From contig DATIZH010000027.1 in assembly GCA_035517195.1 (NCBI GenBank), positions 3,581-67,580 on the forward strand: DNA of 64,000 nt, given 5' to 3'. The stretch's first letter is position 1; each line of letters opens with the position of its first letter. Source of the stretch: Nitrospiria bacterium. Lineage in GTDB: Bacteria > Nitrospirota > Nitrospiria > JACQCE01. Position numbers and translations under genes: made by a program. Below are positions 1 through 9,700 of the stretch, in pieces. Below the pieces are notes generated by a model, which was not told the origin of the DNA, made no database searches, and worked only from the letters and a program-made list of their open reading frames with translations.

Positions 1-1
1 C

Positions 2-175
2 CATTTTGAGGAGGATCTCGCTCGGGAGATCGCGCGGATCGCGAACCTCTCGCGGCTGCTGGGGCTGAAGCTCAAATCGGAGCGGCGCGACATGACGCCG
101 GAAGAGGCCTATACGCAACTGGCCCACAGCGCGTCGTTGCTGAGGGCCGTGATCAACAATTTACCGGATCGGTAA
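2..175 (+). CDS. 3' end of an unidentified CDS (5' end outside the window)
   Basis: Open frame from the window edge reads ...HFEEDLAREIARIANLSRLLGLKLKSERRDMTPEEAYTQLAHSASLLRAVINNLPDR, then TAA at 173-175. It is absent from the ORF track because no start codon lies in the window. Confidence 0.35.
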   Translation, partial: HFEEDLAREIARIANLSRLLGLKLKSERRDMTPEEAYTQLAHSASLLRAVINNLPDR

Positions 176-202
176 CCGGGACCGCCGGGTCTCCGCCGCC
201 GA

Positions 203-811
203 TCACCCCGCTGCGGCGGAAGGCGCCGTCAGAATTCCGTCCCGCTGCACATCATACAGGAATTGGCGCAGCATGTTGTCGACGATCTCCCGCGCGAGGG
301 CCGACGGTGAGTGGGTCGGGGTCATGACGATCAGAAAGAGCTCGATCCAGGTCACCCCGTCATCCTGATACTCATAGTGCTTGAGCACCCGCTTGCCCTC
401 CTTGACGTCGACCTGCAGCGTCAACGTATCCGTGAGGCGGGCGGGAATGAGCCCGACGGTCATGCCGGACAGAAAGCCGCCGAGCGCGCCCAGTGCGAGG
501 TCGGTCTCGTCCCGGAGCGTGAGCGTCAGGTGGTGGCGTTCGGTGCCGTGGCCGACGGCGTACGAGGCAAACACGCCGCTCCGGTCGAAGACCTTGACGA
601 TCTCCTTGTTGAAGAAGTAGACGCCCGACGGATCCTGCTGATACGAGAGGAAGAAGATGACGTCATAATCGATCGAGGGTTTGGGGCCGCCCTTCTCGAG
701 CTGGTCATACGTGACGGTGGGCAATCGGTTGCCGGGAAACGCGGCGCAAGCGGCCAGCAGGAGCAGGCCCAGCCCAGTTCCGGCCATCCCGACGGTGCGA
801 CGGCCGTTCAT
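203..811 (-). CDS. Hypothetical lipoprotein
   Basis: 202-aa ORF. The N-terminus GLGLLLLAACAAF looks like a signal peptide plus lipobox Cys. I recognise no family. Confidence 0.6.
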   Translation of the reverse strand: MNGRRTVGMAGTGLGLLLLAACAAFPGNRLPTVTYDQLEKGGPKPSIDYDVIFFLSYQQDPSGVYFFNKEIVKVFDRSGVFASYAVGHGTERHHLTLTLRDETDLALGALGGFLSGMTVGLIPARLTDTLTLQVDVKEGKRVLKHYEYQDDGVTWIELFLIVMTPTHSPSALAREIVDNMLRQFLYDVQRDGILTAPSAAAG

Positions 812-844
812 GCCGGGACGGATGCCGTCCGGACGGGCGCGGCG

Positions 845-1699
845 TCAGATGCCGCCCAGTTTGTCGAGGCGGCGCTTGGCATCGTCGATGGAGGCGTAAT
901 TGGCCATCGTATTGGGGGCCATCCGGAGATAGGCTTTCAGCTCACGGGCCGCCGACTCCGCGTCGCCCTGGTCCATGAGCGCGACGCCCAGAAGATAGTG
1001 CGTGTCGGGATCGTCGGGGTTGAGGCGCAGGGCGGCTTCATACTCCGCGATCGCCGCCTTGCGGTCCCCGCGCTCGTCGAGCGCCGAGCCCAGGACGACA
1101 TGGGGCGGGGCGTGGGTCGGGTCGAGGCGCACCGCCTCGCGGTATTCCGCGATCGCCCCGTCCAGATCGCCCTGCTCGCCGAGCGCCGTGCCCAGATCGG
1201 TGTGGGCGGCCGCGCGGTTCGGATCGAGTCGCAACGCCTCGCGGTATTCCGCGATCGCCCCGTCGAGCTGCCCGCTCTGGCTGAGCGCCGTGCCCAGGTT
1301 GACGTGGGCGCCCGCGTCATTCGGCGAGAGTCGCAGCGCGGCGCGGAATTCCGCCGCCGCCGCTTCGGGCTGCCCGTCGCTCAACAGCGCCGCGCCCAGA
1401 TTGTTGTGCGCCTCGGCCAGGTCCGGGCTGAACCTGAGGGCGGCGCGGGATTCCTCAATGGCGCCCTGGACATCGCCCGTGCGCAGCAGCGCGGCCGCGA
1501 GCGTGTTGTGCGCCTCGGCCAGGGCCGGATCGACCCGCAGCGCGGCGCGGGATTCCGCGATCGCCCCTCCGAATTGCTCCTGTTGATACAGCCGGACGGC
1601 CCGTTGCTGATGCGCCTCGGCGCTCTCAAACATCTGGTCGCAGGCTTGAAGCAAACCAGCCAGACCAGTCAATACCATCAAAAACGCAAACGGTTTCAT
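845..1699 (-). CDS. TPR-repeat lipoprotein
   Basis: About seven 34-aa repeats of the form AEAHxNLGxAL...G.L.GAIAEYREALRL.P. I trimmed the start to ATG 1699 (MKPFAFLMVLTGLAGLLQAC, signal plus lipobox). The track ORF runs upstream to 1810 across a repeat motif. Confidence 0.8.
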   Translation of the reverse strand: MKPFAFLMVLTGLAGLLQACDQMFESAEAHQQRAVRLYQQEQFGGAIAESRAALRVDPALAEAHNTLAAALLRTGDVQGAIEESRAALRFSPDLAEAHNNLGAALLSDGQPEAAAAEFRAALRLSPNDAGAHVNLGTALSQSGQLDGAIAEYREALRLDPNRAAAHTDLGTALGEQGDLDGAIAEYREAVRLDPTHAPPHVVLGSALDERGDRKAAIAEYEAALRLNPDDPDTHYLLGVALMDQGDAESAARELKAYLRMAPNTMANYASIDDAKRRLDKLGGI

Positions 1700-1849
1700 C
1701 TGTTTCTTGCAAAAATAAATCTGTCCCCATTTTCGGGATCGCAGCCCGTTGACCACGCCAACAGGCCAAGCGACGCCGCCCCCAGCAACACGGATTGCCG
1801 GGGACTCCATGACCGCTCCATCTTCATCCGGGGTGTGAGGGGTCGCGCG

Positions 1850-3232
1850 CTACCAGTAGCGGGCCAGGGCGAATTGACTCTGGCCGCTGACGATGGAGCG
1901 GCCGGCCGCGACCAGCTTGCCGTCCGTTTGCACGATCAGGGCGTAGGCCTCGTCCTCCGTCGATCCGACCGGCGTCGTGACGGTGCCGCCGATTCTCCCG
2001 AAGCTGGCGTCCAGCGCGCCGTTCGTGGTATAGCGCGCGAGCGAGAAGAGGTATTGCGAGCCGTCGAACGAATAGCCGGCCACGACCGGCTTGCCGTCTG
2101 ATTGCAGCGCCAGGCCATGAATCTGATCATCCGTCGTCCCGACGGCCGTGGTCACAATGCCGCCCGTGCCGAATGTGCCGTCCGGGACGCCGGCGGTGGT
2201 GTAGCGCGCCAGCGCAAACCGCTTCTGCGTGCCGTCGTCGGTATAGCCCGCCGCCACCAGCTTGCCGTCGGTCTGGATGGCCAGCGCGAACGCTTCGTCA
2301 TCTTTCGCGCCGATCGCCGTGGTCACGATGCCGCCGGACCCGAACCCCGTCGCATCCAGCGATCCGTCGGCGTTGTAACGGACCAGGGCAAACCGCTTCT
2401 GCGTGCCGTCGTCGGTATACCCCGCGGCCACCAGCTTGCCGTCCGGTTGCAGCGCCAGCGCATAGGCCTTGTCATCCTTCGCGCCGATCGGCGTGGTCAC
2501 CTTGCCGCCGGTCCCGAATCCCGTCGCATCCAACGCCCCGTCGGCATTATAGTGGACCAGCGCGAACTTGTTCTGGACGCCGTCATTCGTAAAGCCGGCC
2601 GCCACCAGCTTGCCGTCTGATTGCAGCGCCAGCGCGAACGCTTCGTCATCTTTCGCGCCGATCGGCGTGGTCACCAAGCCGCCGGTGCCAAAGGCGCCAT
2701 CCAGGGCTCCGGCGGTGGTGTACCGCGCCAGCGCAAACCGGTTCTGGGTGCCGTCATTCGTAGAGCCGGCCGCCACCAGCTTGCCGTCAGATTGCAGCGC
2801 CAGCGCATGGGCTTTGTCATCCTTCGCGCCGATCGGCGTGGTCACCTTGCCGTTGGTGCCAAACGCCAAATCCAGGGTGCCCGATGTGGTATATCGCGCC
2901 ACGGCGAACCGGTTCTGCGCGCCGTCAAACGAGAAGCCGGCCGCGACCAGCTTGTGGTCCGCCGTTTGCTGGATCAGGGCGTAGGCGACATCATTCCCGC
3001 CGGGTCCGACCGCCGTGGTCTCCACGCCGCGGACTCCGAACGCGCCGTCGAGCGTCCCGGCGCGGGGGCTGCCGGCGAACTGCGTGCCCGGCGGCTGTGC
3101 GCCCCCAGGACCGGGGCCTTCATTAACGTTGCCGCAGGACGCCAGCGCGAACGCGATCACCAGCATGCCGGCCGGCCGCAGAGGCGACGCGCCCCCTGTC
3201 GCCATGCCACTTCGCTTGTCTCGCGCGATCAT
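1850..3232 (-). CDS. Delta-60-repeat domain lipoprotein
   Basis: About seven to eight tandem units of 50-55 aa, G(A/T)LDxxFGxxGxVTTPIGAKDDxAxALALQSDGKLVAAGxTxDGxQxxFALxRY, matching the delta-60 repeat pattern. N-terminal lipobox is FALASCGN. Confidence 0.8.
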   Translation of the reverse strand: MIARDKRSGMATGGASPLRPAGMLVIAFALASCGNVNEGPGPGGAQPPGTQFAGSPRAGTLDGAFGVRGVETTAVGPGGNDVAYALIQQTADHKLVAAGFSFDGAQNRFAVARYTTSGTLDLAFGTNGKVTTPIGAKDDKAHALALQSDGKLVAAGSTNDGTQNRFALARYTTAGALDGAFGTGGLVTTPIGAKDDEAFALALQSDGKLVAAGFTNDGVQNKFALVHYNADGALDATGFGTGGKVTTPIGAKDDKAYALALQPDGKLVAAGYTDDGTQKRFALVRYNADGSLDATGFGSGGIVTTAIGAKDDEAFALAIQTDGKLVAAGYTDDGTQKRFALARYTTAGVPDGTFGTGGIVTTAVGTTDDQIHGLALQSDGKPVVAGYSFDGSQYLFSLARYTTNGALDASFGRIGGTVTTPVGSTEDEAYALIVQTDGKLVAAGRSIVSGQSQFALARYW

Positions 3233-3380
3233 GCCCGCCCCTTCCCACCGGAAGACTACACCAAACTTTGCCGGAAATCAACGGAGTCGTCTCGATAACT
3301 ACCCCCCAAATATGGGGTCAATATCTGGCCCTTCAGCCCGGTCGCGCGCCGGACTCCCGCCCCGCGCGGGAGCCCGTTCG

Positions 3381-4391
3381 TTACGGAAACGTCTCCCAGC
3401 CCGCGCCGGTGATGTCGTCCATCCGGACGATCCGGTTGTTGAGCTCATCGGCCACGTAGATGGCGTCGGATCGGTCCACCGCGACGCCGGCGGGGCCGTT
3501 GAAGTGATTCGCGCCCGAGCCGTGGGCGCCGAGCGCGGCCCAGTTCGTTCCAATCATGTCGTCGATCTGGACGACCCGGTCATTGCCGGTGTCGGTCACC
3601 TCGATCCGGCCGGCCGAGGTGACGGCGATGCCGCCGGGGCCGAGAAACTGGTTCATCCCGGAGCCGGCGGTCCCGAGCGTGGTCCAGTTCGTCCCGCTCA
3701 TGTCGTCCATCCGGACGATCCGGTTGTTGCCGGCATCGGCCACGTAGATGGCCCTGGCCGCGTCCACGGCCACCCCCGTCGGCGTGTTGAAGGGATCCAG
3801 CGCGGGGCCGCCGAAGGCGACCCAGTTCGTCCCGGTCATGTCGTCGATCCGGACGATCCGGTTGTTCTTCGCATCGGCGATGTAGAGTTTGTTGTCGCCG
3901 TCCACGGCGATGCCGGCGGGCCCGGACAGGGGGCTCGGCGGGGCCGGCAGGGCCGGGCCGTTGAAGCCGATCCAGCCCGCCCCGCCCATGTTCTCGATCC
4001 GGATGACCTGGTTGGTGCCCGAATCCGCGATATAAATCCGGTTGGCCGAGTCGAGGGCGATGCCCAGCGGAGCGTTGAACAGTTGCACGGTGGTGCTCAG
4101 GAATCCAAAGGGGGTCCAGCTTCCTCCCTGCATGTTGTCCATCCGGATGATCCGGTTATTGCCGGTATCGGTCAGAAAGATTCCCCCGTACGCGCTGATC
4201 GTCACGCCGGTGGGACCATTCAAGCTCCCGCCGTGGTTCGCGTAGTCCACGCAGCTCCAGACGAGCGTGACCGCGAGCAGCGCCGCCCAGACCACCGGAC
4301 GCGTCCCCGCGCGACCACTTCCTCTCCGGCCGGTCAGTTCCGTCTGGTCGCGCATTCCCTTCCCCTCATGGTCCGCCTTCCCCTCGCACAC
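3381..4391 (-). CDS. NHL-repeat beta-propeller lipoprotein (paralog 1 of 3)
   Basis: Six repeats with the signature P.G(I/V)AVD..g.IYVAD.gNNRIVR(M/I)DD(M/I)(S/T)GTNW. N-terminus TLVWSC resembles a lipobox. Confidence 0.85.
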   Translation of the reverse strand: MCEGKADHEGKGMRDQTELTGRRGSGRAGTRPVVWAALLAVTLVWSCVDYANHGGSLNGPTGVTISAYGGIFLTDTGNNRIIRMDNMQGGSWTPFGFLSTTVQLFNAPLGIALDSANRIYIADSGTNQVIRIENMGGAGWIGFNGPALPAPPSPLSGPAGIAVDGDNKLYIADAKNNRIVRIDDMTGTNWVAFGGPALDPFNTPTGVAVDAARAIYVADAGNNRIVRMDDMSGTNWTTLGTAGSGMNQFLGPGGIAVTSAGRIEVTDTGNDRVVQIDDMIGTNWAALGAHGSGANHFNGPAGVAVDRSDAIYVADELNNRIVRMDDITGAGWETFP

Positions 4392-4428
4392 GCGCGCGAG
4401 CCAGCCGGTCCGCGCGCGGGGGCCGATC

Positions 4429-5439
4429 TTATGGATAGGTGGTCCAGTCCAAGCCGGTGATGTCGGTCATCGCCGCGATCCGGCTGTTGCCCGTATCACA
4501 CACAAAGATTGAAAAAACGGAATTGGCATTGCCCAGCGCGACATCGCCCGGGGCATTGAATTGATTCTTTCCAACGCCGGGATTAGTTCCTCCAAGGCTT
4601 GTCCAATTCGTTCCGCCGATGTCGTCAATCTGGACGATCCGGTTGTTCTGGCTGTCCGCCACCAGGATCTGCCCTGATGAAGTGACGGTGATGCCGAACG
4701 GGCCATAAAACTGATTGATCCCTCTGCCGGGGCCGGGGGCGGTGTTTCCCAGACTGGCCCAACCCGACCCGCTGATATCGTCCACCCGGACGATCCGGTT
4801 ATTGGCATAGTCGGCGACGTAGATGCCTCCCCCGCTGTCCACGTCAATTCCGGACGGGCCGCTGAACTGTCCTGTGCCTTGGCCGGAGGTGCCGAATGCA
4901 TGCCAGGTCCCCGCATTCTTGGTCATATCGTCCAACTGAACGATCCGGCCGTTACCGGCGTCGGTCACGTAGATTTTGCCGGTCGCATCAACCGCAATGC
5001 CCTTGGGAAATGCAAACTGGAAGTCCCCGGACCCGTAGGCGCCGAGGTCGGTCCAGTTCGTCCCGCTCATATCATCCATCTCCACGATCCGGTAGTTGCG
5101 GGCATCCGCCACGTAAATGTGGAAGTTGGCATCAACGGCGATGCCGATGGGAGTGTTGAATTGATATCTGTCGCCGCCCAGGCTGCCGAAGGCGACGCTG
5201 TTCGTCCCGCTCATATCATCCATCCGCACGATCCGGTTGTTGGATGTGTCGGCCACGTAGATGGCGCCGTTCGCGTCGATCGCCACGCCGTCCGGAAAGG
5301 TGAACGGGAATCTGCTCGCGCTGCCGCAGCTCCACAGGAACGCGGACCCCAGCAGCACCGCCCAGACGGCCGGGATCGCCCACCACCGCTCACCGGAGCC
5401 CCGGCCTGTTCGCCTCACCGCGCCGCGCATCGTTCTCAC
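4429..5439 (-). CDS. NHL-repeat beta-propeller lipoprotein (paralog 2 of 3)
   Basis: Same length (336 aa) and six-blade NHL pattern as the neighbour. N-terminus is SAFLWSC. Confidence 0.85.
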   Translation of the reverse strand: MRTMRGAVRRTGRGSGERWWAIPAVWAVLLGSAFLWSCGSASRFPFTFPDGVAIDANGAIYVADTSNNRIVRMDDMSGTNSVAFGSLGGDRYQFNTPIGIAVDANFHIYVADARNYRIVEMDDMSGTNWTDLGAYGSGDFQFAFPKGIAVDATGKIYVTDAGNGRIVQLDDMTKNAGTWHAFGTSGQGTGQFSGPSGIDVDSGGGIYVADYANNRIVRVDDISGSGWASLGNTAPGPGRGINQFYGPFGITVTSSGQILVADSQNNRIVQIDDIGGTNWTSLGGTNPGVGKNQFNAPGDVALGNANSVFSIFVCDTGNSRIAAMTDITGLDWTTYP

Positions 5440-5504
5440 TTACGCCATCATCGGCCCACTCTGTCAGGGCACTCCACCGCCGGGAGGCGGCTGACGGCGG
5501 CCTG

Positions 5505-6464
5505 TTACGGATAGGTGGTCCAGCTCGTGCCGGTGATGTCGGTCATCGCCACGATCCCGTTGTTGCCCGTATCACTCGCATAGATGGAGAAAAAACTATT
5601 GATATTGCCCACAGCCACACCATACGGATTGTTAAAGTGATTAATCCCGCTGCCAATAGTGCCGATGCTGGACCAGTCATTCCCGCTTATATCGGTCATT
5701 TGGACGATCCGGTCATTGAGGCTATCCGCCACGTAAATCAGTGAGCCGCCAGAATTTACCGTAATACTGGCCGGGCTGGAAAATTGCTTTGTCCCGCTGC
5801 CGGAAGCGGTCCCGCCAAGGGTGGTCCAGTTCGTCCCACCGATATTGTCGACCTGGACAATCCGGTTATTGCTATAGTCAGCGACATAGATTTTTCCACT
5901 GCCATCCACGGCGACGCCGGCCGGCGCATTGAACGTGTCCGTGTTATTGGCGGGGTCATGGTTGAGCACCGTCCAAATTGATCCGGTGATATCGTTCACC
6001 TGAACAATTCGATTAAGTTTGGCGTCCGCCACGTAAATATGGCCGCTTGAATCGACAGCGATGCCTTCGGGAAAGCTGAATTGGTCCGTAGTGGTGATGG
6101 GATCGGCGTACAGCGATTTGAAATTCGACCCATTCATATCATCGAACTCCACAATCCGCTTGTTGACTGAATCGGCGACGTAGATGCGAAAGCCGGAGTC
6201 GACGGCGATTCCCCACGGACCGCTGAATTGACCCTGACCGCTGTTCGCCGCGTCATAGGTGATCCAGTTGTCCCCGTTCATGTTGTCCATCCGGATGATT
6301 CGGTTGTTACCGAAATCTGCGATGTAGATTTTCCCGTTTGAATCGATCGCAATGCCGACCGGAATATTGAGTGATCCGCTGTTCGAGCTGCTGCAGCTCC
6401 AGAGCAGAGCCGCGCCGAGCAGCCCGGCCGACAGCCGGACCATGACCGTCTTCACGCACCTCAT
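5505..6464 (-). CDS. NHL-repeat beta-propeller lipoprotein (paralog 3 of 3)
   Basis: 319 aa with six NHL blades (IYVAD..NNRIVQVD.I.GTNW). N-terminus is AALLWSC. Confidence 0.85.
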   Translation of the reverse strand: MRCVKTVMVRLSAGLLGAALLWSCSSSNSGSLNIPVGIAIDSNGKIYIADFGNNRIIRMDNMNGDNWITYDAANSGQGQFSGPWGIAVDSGFRIYVADSVNKRIVEFDDMNGSNFKSLYADPITTTDQFSFPEGIAVDSSGHIYVADAKLNRIVQVNDITGSIWTVLNHDPANNTDTFNAPAGVAVDGSGKIYVADYSNNRIVQVDNIGGTNWTTLGGTASGSGTKQFSSPASITVNSGGSLIYVADSLNDRIVQMTDISGNDWSSIGTIGSGINHFNNPYGVAVGNINSFFSIYASDTGNNGIVAMTDITGTSWTTYP

Positions 6465-6599
6465 ACCGGTCTCCTGTTGACGAGCGGATTCCCCTCACAG
6501 ACGGAGCGACAAATCGACCGGATCATAGACCTCCCCCCAAAGAGATGTCAATAGAGACAGACAGGCTTACGCGCGTTCCGGCGGCCGGGATTATTAGAT

Positions 6600-6648
6600 G
6601 TGGGGGCCCGTGCGGAAGAGGCTGAGAAAGGTCCTCCGATGCCCCCAC
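6600..6648 (+). repeat. GTGGGGGC...GCCCCCAC hairpin repeat, copy 1
   Basis: GTGGGGGCCCGTGCGGAAGAGGCTGAGAAAGGTCCTCCGATGCCCCCAC. An 8-bp closing stem with conserved CCCGTGCGGAAG and GGTCCTCCGAT inside, followed by the conserved tail ACCCCAAGCCACC. Confidence 0.85.
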
Positions 6649-6700
6649 ACCCCAAGCCACCGTGTTTCCACCATTGGCAGCTTGTTGCCCCTGGTTATCC

Positions 6701-6797
6701 CAGGGCCCGTGCGGAAAGGGCTGTAGAGGGTCATTGAATTACATTCCCCAAAAGCTTCGCTTTTGGGTAGGCGTTACCCCCACACCCCGAGCCACCG
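6701..6797 (+). repeat. Same family, long-loop variant (copy 2), ending 2 nt before the RND pump stop codon
   Basis: CAGGGCCCGTGCGGAAAGGGCTG...CATTGAATTACATTCCCCAAAAGC...TTACCCCCACACCCCGAGCCACCG. The same variant, with the CATTGAAT(T/A)A(C/A)ATTCCCC insert, occurs at 13744-13897. Confidence 0.75.
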
Positions 6798-6798
6798 C

Positions 6799-9700
6799 TC
6801 ATTGCTCATCGGCCACCAGTCGCCCCTGTTTTACCGTGGCCCGCTCGACCCCCCGATCAGTCGCCAGGAACATGTACATCGCTGGCACGACGAAGAGGGT
6901 GAACAGCGTGCCGATGGCGATGCCGGTGGCGATCACCAGCCCCATGTTGTAGCGGCCCACGGCGCCGGCGCCGGAGGCGGTGATCAACGGCACGACGCCC
7001 AGGACCATCGCGGCGGTCGTCATCAGGATCGGCCGCAACCGGATGCCGGCCGCCGCCTCCACCGCCTCGCGCTTGGGCCTCCCCTCCCGCTGCAGGTCGT
7101 TGGCGAACTGGACGATGAGGATGCCGTGCTTGCTGATCAGGCCGATCAGCGTCACCAGGCCCACCTCGGTGTAGATGTTCAGGCTCGCGCCCCCGACGCC
7201 GAGGCTGATGAAGATCATCGCTCCGCAGATCGACATCGGCACGCTGATGAGCACGATCAACGGGTCCCGGAAGCTTTCAAACAGCGCGGCAAGCGACAGG
7301 AAGATGATGATCAGGGCGAAAAAGAAGGTGACGATCAGCGCGCTCGACTCCTGTTTGTACTGCCGGGAGGGGCCGCCGTAGTCGACGCTGTAGCCCTGGG
7401 GGAGCACCGACTTCGCCTCGGCATCCAGCTCGTCGAGCGCCTGGCCGAGCGTGATGCCGACGGCGGGCACGGCGGAGAGCATGGCGGAGTTGAGCTGCTG
7501 GAAGTGATTAAGCGTCTCCGGCACGACGACGGTCTTGAGGCTCGCGACGGTCGAGACGGGAATCGCCGCGCCGTCCGCGGTGGTGATGTAGTAGTTCTTC
7601 AGCTGCGCGGCGTTGAGCCGCTCGCCCCGCATGACCTGCGGGATCACCTTGTAGGAGCGGCCGGCGAGGCTGAAGTAGTTGACGTAGTTGCCGCCCAGCA
7701 TCGAGCCGAGCGCGCCGCCGATGTCCGCCATCGTCAGCCCGAGCTGGGCCGCCTTGTCGCGGTCGAGCACGACGGTCGTCTGCGGCTTGTCGAACTTCAG
7801 GTCGGTGTCGACGAACATGAACATCCCGCTTGCGCGCGCCCTGTCCATGAGCGCCAACGACACCTCGTTGAGCCGCTCGTAGGAGTCGGTCGTGCCGATG
7901 ACGAATTGCACCGGCAGGCCGCGGCCGCCGCCGGGCAGCGGCGGGCGCTGAAACGCCACCGCGCGCACGCCCGCGATGTCGTTGAGCTGCTGCTGCACGA
8001 TCGGCTGCATCTCCATCGTGGTGCGCGCCCGCTCGTCCCAGGGCTTCATGACCATCCCCGCGATGCCCGTATTGACGCCGCTGATGCCGTCGAGCTGAAA
8101 GACGTGATCGGTCTCGGGATAGGCGGCGAAGATCTTGTAGACCTGGCGCGTGTTCAGCTGGGTCTGCTCCAGGGTCGCGTTGGGCGAGGCCGTGATCAGC
8201 GAGATCAGGACGCCCATGTCCTCCTGCGGGGCCAGCTCGCTCTTGGCGTTGGCGTAGAGGAAGTAGATGCTGACGAGAATGATCGCCGCGAAAACGCCGG
8301 CGACCGGCAGGGCGTTGAGCGCGCCATGCAGCGCGCGCTCGTAGCGGCCGCGGAGCCGTTCGAACTGCCGGTCGATGAAGGCGGTCAGCCCCCGGCCGCC
8401 GGAGGCGGCCGGCTTGAGCAGGCGGGAGCCCATCATCGGCGACAGCGTCAGGGCGATAACGGCCGAGACGGTCACGGCGCCGGCGAGCGTGAAGGCGAAC
8501 TCGGTGAACAGCGCCCCCGTCAGCCCGCCCATGAAGCCGATCGGCACGTAGACCGCGATCAGGACGACGGTGATGGCGATGATCGGCCCCGCCAGCTCGC
8601 GCGCGCCGGCGAGGGCCGCGTCGAGGGGCCGCGCGCCCTCCTCGATGTGGCGGTGCACGTTCTCGACCACGATGATGGCGTCGTCCACGACCAGGCCGAT
8701 CGCCAGCACCAGCGAGAGGAGCGTCAACAAATTAATGGTGTAGCCGAGCGCGAGCATGACGAAGAAGGCACCGATGAGCGACAGGGGCATGGCGACGGTC
8801 GGGATGACGACCGACCGGAGCGATCCCAGGAAGAGGAAGATGACGAGCGTCACGATCAGCAGGGATTTGACCAGCGTGCTGATCACCTCGTGGATCGAGC
8901 TGTTCACGTACTTCGTCGCGTCGTAGACGATCTTCCCGCCCAGCCCCTCCGGCAGCTGCGCCTGGATCGGAGGGAACGCCTTGCGCACGCTGTCGATCAC
9001 CGTGAGCAGGTTGGCGCTGGGCGCCACCTTGATGCCGATGTAGACCGCCGTCTGCCCGTCGAACCCCACCGCCGTGTCGTAGTCGTCCGAGCCGAGTGTC
9101 ACGTTGGCCACGTCGCCCAGCCGGACGATCGCCCCGTTCTTCGCCTTGACCACCAGGTTGCGGAACTCCTCGACCGAGTGCAGGCCGGTCTCGGCGGTCA
9201 GGTCCACCGTGACCATCTGTCCCTTGGTGCGCCCCACCGCGGAGATGAAATCGTTCGCCGCGAGCGCGCCGCTCACGTCGGAGGCGGTCAGGCCGTAGGC
9301 CGCCATTTTCTTCGGATCGAGCCACGCGCGCAGGGCGAACTGGTGCTTGCCGAGGATTTCGGCCGTCTGCACCCCCTCGATCGTCTGCAGCTTCGGCTGC
9401 GCCACCCGGATCAGGTAATCGGTGATCTGGTTGGTCGAGAGCACCTTGCTGTAGAAGCCGATGTACATCGAATCGATCGTCTCGCCGATCTCGATCGTCA
9501 GCACCGGCTGCTGGCTTTCCTTCGGGAGCTGGTTGAGGACCGCGTTGACCTTGGTGTTGATCTCGGTCAGCGCCTTGTTCGGGTCGTAGTTGAGCCGCAG
9601 GTTGGCCTGGATCGTGCTGACGCTCTGCGCGCTGGTGGAGGTGAGGTAATCGATGCCGTTGGCCTGCGCGATGGAGGTCTCCATCGGGGTGGTGATGAAG

